Source: Spirochaetia bacterium (lineage in GTDB: Bacteria > Spirochaetota > Spirochaetia > DSM-2461). Taken from it: a stretch of DNA of 64,000 nt. The DNA lies in assembly GCA_963668315.1 (NCBI GenBank), contig OY764216.1, forward strand, positions 5,440,001-5,504,000, in the 5' to 3' direction. A program made the position numbers and the translations under genes. The notes under the pieces are model-generated. The model did not search any database. It saw nothing but the letters and a program-made list of their open reading frames with translations, and was not told the origin of the DNA. This document shows positions 20,347-30,411 of the stretch, piece after piece. The stretch's first letter is position 1. Each line of letters opens with the position of its first letter.

Positions 20347-23300
20347 GTGCGACCGATCCTATCGCTCTTTCTCGCTATTTCAGTCACGCTTGTTTCAGGC
20401 TCCCTTGCTTCTGCTCAGTCGCTGAAGTCCTTCTGCGCCGATGCGGAACGTGCAAGGCAGTTCATTTCTTCCGGGCAGTACGCAGAGGCTGACCGGCTTA
20501 CGGCCGAACTCGTTGCCGCCGCACAGAAGCGTTTTGCTGCGGAGGAACGGGCATCGACCGAACTCAACAACATCGGATTGGCGTATTTCCGCCGAGGCCG
20601 TTACGATCGTGCTCGACGCGCATTCATGCCTGCGTTGACGATCTCCGAAAATATCGATGCGAAGAGTCTTGATACGGGGATCATTCTGGACAATCTGGGA
20701 GTGATTGCGAGCAAGCAGGGGCGATACCAGGATGCAGAACGATACGAGCAGAGGGCTTTGGCAATCCGTGAAAAGGCATTGCCGGGAGACAGTCCACTTG
20801 TTGCCTTGTCCCACAATAATCTCGGGACATTGTATCAAAGGCAGAATCGATATTCCGAGGCCGAACAGCATCTCAAGGACGCAATAGATATCTACCGAAA
20901 GAAGACGGACAAGTCATTGGATCTCGCGCGTAGCCTTGACAACCTCGGCACCGTGTACGAGAGGCTCGGGCGATATTCCGAATCTGAAGCCCTGTACAAG
21001 GAGGCACTGAAGATACGCGAAGCTCAGCTCGATCCCATGCATGTCAGTCTCGCCTCCACACTCAATAACCTCGGTGTATTGTACAAGGCAACGGGACGGT
21101 ATACCGAGGCAGAACCGCTTTATGAGCGGGCGATTCGAATCTGGGAGCACCAAGACCACCCCAGTCGCGCCTGGGGTCTGGACAATCTGGCTACGTTGCG
21201 TGACGTGCTCGGTCATTATTCAGAGGCCGAAGAGCCCTGCCGGCGAGCCCTCAACCTGAGATTGAGGACATTTGGGGAAGGCCATCCTGAGGTCGCAACG
21301 AGCTATAACAACTTGGCGTTAATTCTGGATCACCAAGGAAAGCACGCTGAAGCGGAGGACCTCTACAGACGGGCACTGGAGGCGGCAACGGCACAAACCG
21401 GCGATGATCCGGATACGGCGACTCGGCTCAACAACCTCGGCTCCCTCCTGCGAGATCTCGGCAAATTCGACGAAGCGGAGCCTCTGCTGAAACGTGCGGT
21501 GGAGATCCAGGAAAGCAGGGGCAACGGGGAGCCGTCGGCACTCGGATACAAGTTGAGTAACCTCGCGGTGCTCTACGATCTTCTTGGACAACACGCTCAA
21601 GCAGAGAAGCTGCACTTGCGCGCCTTGAATGTCTACGAGAGTGGTTGTCCATCGGGACACCCGGACATTGCGACCGGACTACATTGCCTTGCCTTTCACT
21701 ACTCTGAACAACGCCGGTACGAAAAGGCAGAGCCCCTGTTGCGCAAGGCCATGGAGATATGGGAAGCAAGGGAAATGACGGGGCATCCGGCGTATGCAGC
21801 CTGCCTCAACACGCTGGGAACACTTCTTGATGATCAAGGCCGCAACGCTGAGGCCGAGGAGGTCCTTCTCAAGGCACTGGAGGCGAACGAGAAGGTATTC
21901 GGAGAGAATCACCTCAATGTGGCGATAAATCTTCAGAATCTGGCTGGTGTCTACTGGGACCTGGACCGAAATTCTGATGCGGAACCACTCTTCCGGCGTT
22001 CCCTCAGGATCTTCGGACAAAAACTGGGAACAGATCATCCCACGTACGCGACAGCTCTCACACGGCTTGCCGGCCTGGCCAGATTCGAGGGACGCGCTTC
22101 CGAGGCCGAATCGCTATGCAGTCAAGCGGTAGAGACGGTGCGCAAGACGGGCGTATGTGCCCCACGATTCGCCGTGGAGTGTTTTGTCAACCGGGCACAG
22201 CTCTATTGGGCGCTTGGGCGAGAAGAGGAGGCAATTGACGATTTGGAAGAGGCTATGACGTACGCCGGCCAGGTGCGTGAGCACGCTTCAGGGGGCGATG
22301 TTCATAGGTCGATGACCTTCGCGAGCTATGTCGGGGTCTTTGAGGTAATGCTCGACTGGCAGGCGAAACTCGGCGAGTTGACCGTGGCGTTCCAGACGAT
22401 CGAACGCTGTCGTGCCCAGGGCCTTCAGGATCTTATGCAGTCCAACGGGATGGACCTGCTTGAAGGCGTGCCGGAACAGACCGCCTCCGAATTGCGGGAA
22501 GCGGCACACGTTGCACAGGCCGAAGTAGCCTCGCTGCTCAAACAGATCGAGGTGCTTCATGAACGTACGGACTTGGCGTCGAAAAAGAAAGCCAAGAAGA
22601 CGGAAGATCTCGTCGATCTTCTCGACAACGCCCGCGAATCACTAGTGCAGGCCTGGGCGGATATCAAGAACGCCAGCCCCGCCTACCGGATGGTCGTGAC
22701 GGAGAATCGAGAACCGGTGCCGTTCGAGGCGTTCCAGCAGGAACTTGGGAAGTCCGATACGGTTGCACTGCAATACTTGCTCGGTGAGAAGAACGGTTTC
22801 CTCCTTGCCTACGGCGGCGGAATCGAACCGGCACTGATCACGTTGGAGATCAGTGACACTCAGTCCGAGGTGTTCGGCTGCGATGCCGGCCCGCTAACGG
22901 CTGCTCGCTTTCGGCAGGTTCTTCTGGGCAACAAGGATCGGCCGGGACTTCTCCGCGATTTGACGACCCTCGGGGAGGTGACTGACGAAGGTCTGCCATC
23001 GAAAGAGACCCTCAATGCCTTACGTACTCTGTGGGCTGTTCTCGTGCCCGATGAGACGCTGCGTGAGAAGCTCGTCGACGGGGAGAGCTTCAAACGCCTG
23101 TTGATTCTTCCGGACGGCGTCCTTGCCCGATTGCCCTTCGAAGCCCTGGTCGTGAACGACGATCCGCAAGCTCCGGAGTACCTTCTCGACAACGGGCCGC
23201 CGACCATGTACGCTCCTTCGGCCACCGTGTTTCACAACCTCAAGCAGCGAGAGGTCTCTGCTTCCAAGGGTGAGACGCTGACGGTCGGCAATCCGAGCTA

Positions 23301-23982
23301 CGGTTCGACAGCCCAACCGGGAGATCGCGGAACGGTTCTGGAAGAACTTCAGATTGCCAGTCGCTTCGCCCATCTCGGACGGCTTGCCGACCTGCCTTGG
23401 ACCGGTGATGAGAGCTGCTGGATCAAGGAATCCTGCGAGGACAAGCATCTGCCGGTGGTCCAGTTGACAAAAGAGAAGGCGACCGAGGAGAACGTTCGCA
23501 ATAACGTTCGAGGCCGTTCGCTGGTTCACTTCGCCTGCCATGGTCTGGCGGACAACGAGTATGGGAATCTGTTCGGGGCCCTGGCCTTGGCGCCGGTCGA
23601 TGCGGGCGATCCGTCGAACGACGGCTTCCTGACCGTGGCCGAGATGTTCGATCTGGACCTGCACGCCTGCGAGCTGGCGATCCTGAGCGCCTGCGACACG
23701 AACATTGGCCCCAATCAGCGTGGGGAAGGCACGTGGTCGATGTGCCGGGGGATATTGACGTCGGGCGCCCGGCGTGTGGTCACCACCGACTGGCAGGTGG
23801 CTGACGAGGCTTCGGCTCACCTGGTATATGCATTCGTCTACTACTTGCACGATTCCGAATCGCAGGCACGCGACTACGCCGAATGTCTGCGTAACGCCCG
23901 GCTTTCGATTCGGAACCATGATAATCGGCAATGGCGGCATCCGTATTTCTGGGCGCCGTTTGTGTTGATGGGACCGGAGTAG
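20347..23982 (+). CDS. Exported TPR-CHAT protease 4
   Basis: Signal peptide ending ASA; TPRs; HFACHG and LSACDT. Confidence 0.95.
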   Translation: MRPILSLFLAISVTLVSGSLASAQSLKSFCADAERARQFISSGQYAEADRLTAELVAAAQKRFAAEERASTELNNIGLAYFRRGRYDRARRAFMPALTISENIDAKSLDTGIILDNLGVIASKQGRYQDAERYEQRALAIREKALPGDSPLVALSHNNLGTLYQRQNRYSEAEQHLKDAIDIYRKKTDKSLDLARSLDNLGTVYERLGRYSESEALYKEALKIREAQLDPMHVSLASTLNNLGVLYKATGRYTEAEPLYERAIRIWEHQDHPSRAWGLDNLATLRDVLGHYSEAEEPCRRALNLRLRTFGEGHPEVATSYNNLALILDHQGKHAEAEDLYRRALEAATAQTGDDPDTATRLNNLGSLLRDLGKFDEAEPLLKRAVEIQESRGNGEPSALGYKLSNLAVLYDLLGQHAQAEKLHLRALNVYESGCPSGHPDIATGLHCLAFHYSEQRRYEKAEPLLRKAMEIWEAREMTGHPAYAACLNTLGTLLDDQGRNAEAEEVLLKALEANEKVFGENHLNVAINLQNLAGVYWDLDRNSDAEPLFRRSLRIFGQKLGTDHPTYATALTRLAGLARFEGRASEAESLCSQAVETVRKTGVCAPRFAVECFVNRAQLYWALGREEEAIDDLEEAMTYAGQVREHASGGDVHRSMTFASYVGVFEVMLDWQAKLGELTVAFQTIERCRAQGLQDLMQSNGMDLLEGVPEQTASELREAAHVAQAEVASLLKQIEVLHERTDLASKKKAKKTEDLVDLLDNARESLVQAWADIKNASPAYRMVVTENREPVPFEAFQQELGKSDTVALQYLLGEKNGFLLAYGGGIEPALITLEISDTQSEVFGCDAGPLTAARFRQVLLGNKDRPGLLRDLTTLGEVTDEGLPSKETLNALRTLWAVLVPDETLREKLVDGESFKRLLILPDGVLARLPFEALVVNDDPQAPEYLLDNGPPTMYAPSATVFHNLKQREVSASKGETLTVGNPSYGSTAQPGDRGTVLEELQIASRFAHLGRLADLPWTGDESCWIKESCEDKHLPVVQLTKEKATEENVRNNVRGRSLVHFACHGLADNEYGNLFGALALAPVDAGDPSNDGFLTVAEMFDLDLHACELAILSACDTNIGPNQRGEGTWSMCRGILTSGARRVVTTDWQVADEASAHLVYAFVYYLHDSESQARDYAECLRNARLSIRNHDNRQWRHPYFWAPFVLMGPE
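22645..23982 (+). repeat. Near-identical CHAT-coding repeat, partner of 14836-16173
   Basis: Direct nucleotide comparison. Confidence 0.9.
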
Positions 23983-24104
23983 GTTGGATTACCGCGTTTG
24001 TTGGAGATCCTGATTGACACTTTGCCCTTTCCGTTGTTTTCGAACCCCAAGCGGCAAGGAGGCTGCAACGAGAGGCTTCGACCCTGAATCTCTGGAGAAG
24101 AACA

Positions 24105-25226
24105 TTGATGCGACCTCGACAAATACAGGGAACCTTCTGGATCGTAATCCTGGGCGTTTTGGCGGGACCGGTCGCGGGCCAGATTGCGGTGGCTCCGCCG
24201 ATGCCCGACCATGCTTCGGTCGGCAAGACGTGGGTGGTTGCGATCGGCGTCGGCAAGTATGAGCACTTGCAGTCATTGGCTTATACGTTGGCTGATGCCA
24301 AGGCATTTGCCGACGCCTTCGAGGAGGTGGGATTGGTCAACCGACGGCAAGTGCGGCGGGTGACCGACGGCGATGCCGCGATTTCGGACGCCAAGGCGCT
24401 CCTCAGGCTGCTCGAAGGGCAAATGGGCAACGCCGGTTCACAGGACACCTTCGTCCTCTTCTACGCCGGTCATGGCTACAGTTCCGAAGACGGAAAGGCC
24501 TTTCTGGCGCCGGCGGGATTCGATTTGGATCGGCCGGCTGAGACGGGGATTTCGATGGAACGCCTCCGTGAGGTATTGGACGCGTGCCCCGCTCGTGTGA
24601 AGTGCGTCATCCTCGACGCGTGTTACAGCGGCGGGTTCAGCACGGACCGGCAGTTCGACGGGCAGGCCGCCGTGGATTTGCTCAAGAGCGCTCGCGGCAC
24701 GGTCGCGATATGCAGCAGCACCGACCGGCAGCCGAGCCTGGAATCGGCAGAACTCGAGCACGGTGTGTTCACGTATTGGCTGGTTCGCGGACTTCGCGGA
24801 GACGCCAATTCGCAGATCGACACGGTCATCGATGCGGCGGAACTGTTTCGCTACGTCAAGGACCGGGTGGCCAAGACGGCGGACGAAGCGGGAGGTCTCG
24901 TGCAGCAGCCGACCTGGGGCCTGGACCGCATGCCCGAGATCCCCACGGTGATCGAATTGCGACGTCCCGACCGGCCGAGTGTGCTGGTGCCGATGAAGGC
25001 CGCGCCGCTTCCTCCGGATCCGAAGGTACTCTCCGTTTTCCTGGACAGCATCGAACATTTCCCGCACGCCAATGCCCGAAATGCGATCGGCATCTCGAAA
25101 TGGGTGCTGGCGAACGCTCCTCCCGGCTCCAGTCTCGCAAGGCGAGCCCAAGCGCATATCGACAAGCTCGACAAGATGATCCTGGAAGGCACGCTGCGTC
25201 TGCCGCCGCCGGGAGAGGAGGAATAG
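24105..25226 (+). CDS. Exported caspase-like (C14) protease with short helical C-terminal domain
   Basis: Signal-like N-terminus; FYAGHG, ILDACYSG, HGVFTYWL. Confidence 0.9.
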   Translation: MMRPRQIQGTFWIVILGVLAGPVAGQIAVAPPMPDHASVGKTWVVAIGVGKYEHLQSLAYTLADAKAFADAFEEVGLVNRRQVRRVTDGDAAISDAKALLRLLEGQMGNAGSQDTFVLFYAGHGYSSEDGKAFLAPAGFDLDRPAETGISMERLREVLDACPARVKCVILDACYSGGFSTDRQFDGQAAVDLLKSARGTVAICSSTDRQPSLESAELEHGVFTYWLVRGLRGDANSQIDTVIDAAELFRYVKDRVAKTADEAGGLVQQPTWGLDRMPEIPTVIELRRPDRPSVLVPMKAAPLPPDPKVLSVFLDSIEHFPHANARNAIGISKWVLANAPPGSSLARRAQAHIDKLDKMILEGTLRLPPPGEEE

Positions 25227-25325
25227 AGGCGTTTTTCCCACGCGTTCGACTTTTTGGGATGCCTCCGACGCGTGCCGGGACGGGACGCCCCCCCCGATGG
25301 CGTGAAACGGGGACTGAAGATTCTC

Positions 25326-25353
25326 GCGCAATCCAGGCGGATGGTAGGTGTAT
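25326..25353 (+). promoter_or_regulatory. Putative ECF promoter, copy 3
   Basis: GCGCAA-N16-GTGTAT, 50 nt upstream of ATG 25404. Confidence 0.65.
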
Positions 25354-25403
25354 TGCTGACAGTATTGGAATGGCTTTTTTTTCCCGAATATGGAGAAATC
25401 ACG

Positions 25404-25865
25404 ATGAGAGACAGATGGTTGTTTGTGGCTGCCGGACTCCTTTTGGTCGCTTGCCTGGGATGTTCGTCCGAACCGCCGGCGGACTCGAAGACGGGGCAGA
25501 AGCCCGACCCCCCTGCCCAGGAGCAAGCAGTTCCCTCCGCGCCTGGTGACGAGCAAGGCCAGGTCGACCTGAAGCAGGCTCCCGTGGCTGTGCCCAGCAA
25601 GACGGGCCAGGAGCAGTCGGAGGTTCCTCCCGCACCAGGTGACGGACAAGAACAGGTTAGTCAGAAACAGGCTCCCGTGGCTGCGTCTGCCAAGGCAGGT
25701 TCGGATCAGCTGAAGATCCCTGCTGCACCTGGTGACGGGCAAGGTCAGGTTAGTCAGAAACAGGCTCCCGTGGCTGCGCCCGGCAAGTCCGCCCCGGAAA
25801 AATCAGAAGCTCAGCCCGCGCCGGGCGACCAGTCGGGGGCAGCGAACGAGAAGCAGACGCAGTAA
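25404..25865 (+). CDS. Lipoprotein with 31-aa Gln/Lys/Pro-rich repeats
   Basis: GGAG RBS; lipobox-like CLG-C; PGD repeats starting at 25542, 25635, 25728, 25821 (93-bp period). Confidence 0.8.
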   Translation: MRDRWLFVAAGLLLVACLGCSSEPPADSKTGQKPDPPAQEQAVPSAPGDEQGQVDLKQAPVAVPSKTGQEQSEVPPAPGDGQEQVSQKQAPVAASAKAGSDQLKIPAAPGDGQGQVSQKQAPVAAPGKSAPEKSEAQPAPGDQSGAANEKQTQ

Positions 25866-25971
25866 AGCCCGTTGCAGAAACTTGACAAATCGGCCAGGGA
25901 CGTCCACCGATGCAGTCAACTTTCCAGCCTCTGCTAGACGCAAAGACCAATAGCAACTGGAGGAAAAGACC

Positions 25972-26784
25972 ATGAAAGAAAGAAAGACAGGCCGGCTGAT
26001 GCCACTCGCGGTGGTTCTTCTGGGACTCACCGCCATGGTAACCGTCGGCGGAGAGCAACCCGACAAGCCGCTGGACAAGCTTGGGCCGGCGTGGCAGGTG
26101 GGTGATTCGTGGAAAGTGCGAGCCGTGACGATCCAATCACAAGCGGCCGACAAGAGTTCCGAGCAGCAACAGCAGGCGAAGAAACCTGTTGACTGGCAGT
26201 TCACCGTCACCGGCACGGAGAAAATCAAGAATCGCGACTGTTACCGGGTTTCGGTCACTTGCCTGACGAAGGGGCCGAACCAACCGGTCACGACTCTGTG
26301 GTTCGACGTGGAGAACCGGACGTTGACGCGAGTGGAAGCGAAGATCCTGATCAAGGGCAAATGGCGAGTCTTCACCGAGACCTACGTTTCCCAGGATGGG
26401 AAACCTTGCCCGGTCCTCGGTCCGATTCCGGCGCTTCCCTTGGACTTCCCCGTGTTCACCGAGGAAGGCGGGACAAAGAACCTCGCGTCTCAGACCTACG
26501 AGGCCATCTACGGGGACAAGGGCGTGAAGTCCATCGACGACGTCGGTTTCGCCTTCTCGGTTGATCAGAGCTTCTCTCCGGCAAAGGCCGACCACGTGAA
26601 GTCGTTGGCGCCGACCAGTGAAGGCGAGGGAGTTGTGGAAGTGGAAATCCGTGGTGCACGTCGCCGCGTGTCTCAACTCTGGCAACCCGGCGCACCTTGG
26701 CCCATCTATAGCAACAACGGCATGACGGAAGCTCGGCTCGTGGAAGTCAAGCGTGCCGGCAACGCCGAGGAGGAGGTGCAGTGA
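25972..26784 (+). CDS. Exported beta-rich protein of unknown function
   Basis: GGAGG RBS, signal peptide, stop overlaps the next start. Confidence 0.85.
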   Translation: MKERKTGRLMPLAVVLLGLTAMVTVGGEQPDKPLDKLGPAWQVGDSWKVRAVTIQSQAADKSSEQQQQAKKPVDWQFTVTGTEKIKNRDCYRVSVTCLTKGPNQPVTTLWFDVENRTLTRVEAKILIKGKWRVFTETYVSQDGKPCPVLGPIPALPLDFPVFTEEGGTKNLASQTYEAIYGDKGVKSIDDVGFAFSVDQSFSPAKADHVKSLAPTSEGEGVVEVEIRGARRRVSQLWQPGAPWPIYSNNGMTEARLVEVKRAGNAEEEVQ

Positions 26785-28817
26785 TGATACGCTTCACGAA
26801 ACACAATCGCCTGCCGATTGCGGCAGTTCTGCTTTCCCTGTCCGCCTGTCTTGCGGCCGTCTCTCCGAGTTGCGCCGAAGTGGAAGAGGCACGTACGGAC
26901 ACCGATCCGTGGTCCGGCTACTGGTGGCCGATCTCTCGGGGCGAAATGCTCGTTCCGCTCGGCAAATACGACGCCCTGATCGGCGCCCGTGCAGCCGCAT
27001 GGGAGCGGGCCAACAATCCTCCCGGGGCGAACGTTCCCAAGTGGTTCGGCTATTGTCACGCCTGGGCCGCCTCGTCCATCATGGAACCCGAACCGGCCGC
27101 GGCGATCCGCGTTCAGAACGTGGGACTCGGTGTGGGCGATCAGAAGGGACTGCTGGCGGCATGCCATGCCAACGATGTGGCCAATTCCTTCGGTGATCGT
27201 TTTGGCGACGGGCAAGGCAGCGAAGATCCTCACGATCTGCCTCCCGACGAGTTCTGGATGTTGCTCAAACGGCACATTCGCGAACAGGGCGTTCCCTTGA
27301 TTGCCGATATCGAAGCCGGTGACGAAGTGTGGAACTACCCGATCTTTGCGTATCGCGTCGAATACGCTCCGGCGGGTGGGACCGACCGATACCAGGGGAC
27401 GATTTCCATCTGGATGGCAGACGATGCTGTGCCCATGGACTACGTCGGGGTCAAACGGCTGTTCAAGAAGTACCTTTTCGAGGTTTCCATGCGTAACGGC
27501 AGCGTTGTCATGGGAACGGGAAAATGGCTTGGCACCAGCCGCGACAACCATCCCGACTTCGCTTGGTTTCCCTACGTCGTTCGTCCTGAGAATCCCCAAG
27601 TCGATTACGGCAAGGTGACGAAGATCCTGGGAACGCGGCCGGCCGGCGGCACCACTCCCCCGGATTCCGACACGCCAGCTTCCGCCAATACTCCGGATTC
27701 GACTCCAACGGGCACGCCTGCAGGTACGCCCAGTGGTACGCCCAGTGGTACACCCAGTGGTACACCCAGTGGTACACCCAGTGGTACACCCAGCGGTACA
27801 CCCAGCGGTACACCCAGTGGTACACCCAGTGGTACACCCAGCGGTACACCCAGTGGTACACCCAGTGGTACACCCAGTGGTACACCCAGCGGTACACCCA
27901 GCGGTGCACCCAGCGGTACACCCAGCGGTACACCCAGCGGTACACCCAGTGGTACGCCCAGTGGTACGCCCAGTGGTACGCCCAGCGGTACGCCCAGTGG
28001 TACGCCCAGCGGTACACCCAGTGGTACACCCAGTGGTACACCCAGTGGTACACCCACGCCCAGCGGCACCCCCGGCGGAACTCCGGGAGCTGCACCGAGC
28101 GGCGAACAACCTTCCCGGCCCCCGAGCGGTGTTGTCGTCCAGGCTCGTCCCGAGCCGTTGCTGCTGGATCCGATGGATCTGGTTTCGCTGATCGCCACGC
28201 GAACGTCGGACTTCGCATTGGATATCACGGTCGACCGTTTTGACGGCGGAAAGTACCGGGAAGGCGACCTGGTGTCGATTTCCGGCAAGTCAGCGAGAAG
28301 CGGTTATCTGTACCTGTTGGCCGTCGACACGGAAGGCGTTCCCTCGCTGCTCTACCCGCAGCCCGGCGACGACAACCGTATTGAAGGCGGCGTGGAGTTC
28401 GAGGTTCCGGCGCGGAAGTCCAAGTACCAGTTTCGGCTGTTTCCGCCCCTGGGCGACTACCGGATCAAGGGAATCGTTTGCGAGAAGCCGCTGGAATTCT
28501 CCGGTCTTGTGACGGGTTCCCAACAGCAGGTCGCCTCGTCACCGCAGGCGGCCCAGTCGTCGCAGACCTCCGACGGCAAGGAGGCAGAGACGTCGGACGT
28601 GGCGATTGACCAGCAGAAGTTTCGTTGGAACCCGACGCAACGCGCGCAAGTGAAACAGTTGCTCACGGAGTACAAGAGCAAGGGCAACCTGTCGCAGGAA
28701 CAGGTCGATCATGTCGACCCGCACAACGTTCTCGGTGAGTTTGCCCAGGATGAAGTGGCTTTTTACGTTGGCAAACGCGGGAAGACGCCGCTCCAATCCG
28801 GGAAGGTCCAGCGCTGA
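26781..28817 (+). CDS. Exported GP42/TGase-elicitor-like transglutaminase domain + (GTPS)n linker + DUF4384-like domain
   Basis: PWSGYWWP, WFGYCHAWA, GDQKGLL and EVWNYPI resemble Phytophthora GP42-family motifs; C-terminal GYLYLL...LLYP domain. Confidence 0.75.
   Translation: MMIRFTKHNRLPIAAVLLSLSACLAAVSPSCAEVEEARTDTDPWSGYWWPISRGEMLVPLGKYDALIGARAAAWERANNPPGANVPKWFGYCHAWAASSIMEPEPAAAIRVQNVGLGVGDQKGLLAACHANDVANSFGDRFGDGQGSEDPHDLPPDEFWMLLKRHIREQGVPLIADIEAGDEVWNYPIFAYRVEYAPAGGTDRYQGTISIWMADDAVPMDYVGVKRLFKKYLFEVSMRNGSVVMGTGKWLGTSRDNHPDFAWFPYVVRPENPQVDYGKVTKILGTRPAGGTTPPDSDTPASANTPDSTPTGTPAGTPSGTPSGTPSGTPSGTPSGTPSGTPSGTPSGTPSGTPSGTPSGTPSGTPSGTPSGTPSGAPSGTPSGTPSGTPSGTPSGTPSGTPSGTPSGTPSGTPSGTPSGTPSGTPTPSGTPGGTPGAAPSGEQPSRPPSGVVVQARPEPLLLDPMDLVSLIATRTSDFALDITVDRFDGGKYREGDLVSISGKSARSGYLYLLAVDTEGVPSLLYPQPGDDNRIEGGVEFEVPARKSKYQFRLFPPLGDYRIKGIVCEKPLEFSGLVTGSQQQVASSPQAAQSSQTSDGKEAETSDVAIDQQKFRWNPTQRAQVKQLLTEYKSKGNLSQEQVDHVDPHNVLGEFAQDEVAFYVGKRGKTPLQSGKVQR
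27723..28055 (+). repeat. 12-bp tandem repeat GGTAC(A/G)CCCAG(T/C), about 27.7 units, encoding (GTPS)n
   Basis: Seen directly. Confidence 0.98.
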
Positions 28818-28869
28818 CCCCAAGACAATTCCATTCGATATCAACGTGAAATCAAGACTAGGAGACACA

Positions 28870-30345
28870 ATGATGAGAAGAACCGCCCTGTTTACGCTTG
28901 GAGTCGCGCTGCTGGGATGCTGCCTCGCAGTCGCCGAGGGGGCCGAGAAGCGGCGGCAAGGCCAGGCCACCGCCCGCGGCATTGCCGTTGAGGGAATTCA
29001 GAACTCGACCCCCCAGTTCTCCGTTCGCGTGAGCGTGGATCGGAAGGACCGCACCTACCGCGCAGGCGAACTGGTCGTGGTAACGGTGGAGTCGAGCCGG
29101 GCCGGGTATCTGTATCTGCTGTACTGTGATGCGGAAGAGAACGTTTACGCGGTGTTTCCGAACCAGTACCAGAAGTCGAACCGGATCGAGGCCAACCAGA
29201 AGATCGTGGTCCCGGCGGCCGGCTCGAACTTCCGGTTTCGCATCACCAATCCTTTCGGCAGCGAGATTCTGAAGGCCATCGTGACCGACGAGCCGGTCAA
29301 GGCCGCTGGACTGCCCGATCTTACCAAGAGCGATGCCACCCAGTTGGACGCCGACACACTTCGCGCAGCATTCAAGGGAATGACGGTCGAGGGGGTAGAG
29401 ACGCCTTCATCCCAGGACGAGACGCCTTCGTCCCAGGACGAGACGGACGCCGACGAGACGGACGCCGACGAGACCTGCGTCTGGGCAGAGCACTCCATTG
29501 AACTTCGCACGCTGCCAGCCAACGCCGAACGCGAGATCCACAAGCCTCGCCGTTTCGCCGTGGTGATCGGGATCAGCGATTACTTAAGCCCCGGAATTCG
29601 TGATCTCACGGTCTGCCACGAGGACGCGAAGGTGATGGGGGCCCTGTTGATGGAGAAGTGCGGCGTTGCCGAAGAGGACTGCATTATGCTTCTCAACGAA
29701 GAAGCGACGATGGAGAATGTCCGGCGGGTCTTCTGTGAGGCGTTGCCGAAGCACACGCGGGAAGGCGACGTGATCTTCATCTTCTGGTCGGGTCACGGCG
29801 GCCGCTGTGCCGACGAGGGCGGCGACGAAGCCGATGGCTACGACGAGTATCTGCCTTTGTACGACAGCAAGCGGTTCGAGATGGACACCATGCTCATGGA
29901 CGACACCTTCGGACGCTGGGTCCAGGATCTCGACGGGCGCAAGATCGTCGTCATTCTCGATGCCTGCCACAGCGGAGGCCAGACGAACAAGGCCAAGTCG
30001 CTCTCCAAAGCGATTGGTGACGACGAAAGCTCGGACTGGATGCCGTTCGACTTCGTGGGCAACGAGCTCTCCCGGGTCAAGGACATCGGCCAAGAGGACG
30101 CCGCGATCGTCGCCTCCTCCGTGTCGGCGGAAGTCTCGCACGAGCGGCTCGAGGGCGACCTCAGCGTGTTGACCTACTTCCTCGTGGAGGCGATCAACAA
30201 CGCCACCTCGCCGATAACACTCGACAAGCTGGTCGAGAAGGTCAAGCCCAAGGTCGACGCCTACGTCAAATCGCGGTTTCCCGGCGCCAAACAGTCGGTG
30301 TTCTACCAGACCGACTTGACAGAGCCGCTGATGGTGAATCCGTAG
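28870..30345 (+). CDS. Exported DUF4384-like + caspase-like (C14) protein; paralog of 6464-8059
   Basis: AGGAG RBS; signal peptide; FWSGHG, ILDACHSGG. Confidence 0.9.
   Translation: MMRRTALFTLGVALLGCCLAVAEGAEKRRQGQATARGIAVEGIQNSTPQFSVRVSVDRKDRTYRAGELVVVTVESSRAGYLYLLYCDAEENVYAVFPNQYQKSNRIEANQKIVVPAAGSNFRFRITNPFGSEILKAIVTDEPVKAAGLPDLTKSDATQLDADTLRAAFKGMTVEGVETPSSQDETPSSQDETDADETDADETCVWAEHSIELRTLPANAEREIHKPRRFAVVIGISDYLSPGIRDLTVCHEDAKVMGALLMEKCGVAEEDCIMLLNEEATMENVRRVFCEALPKHTREGDVIFIFWSGHGGRCADEGGDEADGYDEYLPLYDSKRFEMDTMLMDDTFGRWVQDLDGRKIVVILDACHSGGQTNKAKSLSKAIGDDESSDWMPFDFVGNELSRVKDIGQEDAAIVASSVSAEVSHERLEGDLSVLTYFLVEAINNATSPITLDKLVEKVKPKVDAYVKSRFPGAKQSVFYQTDLTEPLMVNP
29398..29475 (+). repeat. 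In-frame microduplications (21 bp x2, 15 bp x2) encoding ETPSSQDETPSSQDETDADETDADET
   Basis: Seen directly. Confidence 0.9.
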
Positions 30346-30411
30346 GCAGAGTTCGAGTCAGGAGCGTAGGCAGGGCAGCATCGCCCCCGTGGCGGTGCTG
30401 CCCCGCCTTGC

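Noticed and set aside
11387..23982. Diversity-generating retroelement TR/VR pairs
   Set aside because: No reverse transcriptase seen; differences are not adenine-specific; repeats are much longer than typical TR/VR
27723..28055. Possible CRISPR array
   Set aside because: Contiguous 12-bp units without spacers, in frame within a CDS; no cas genes in the window
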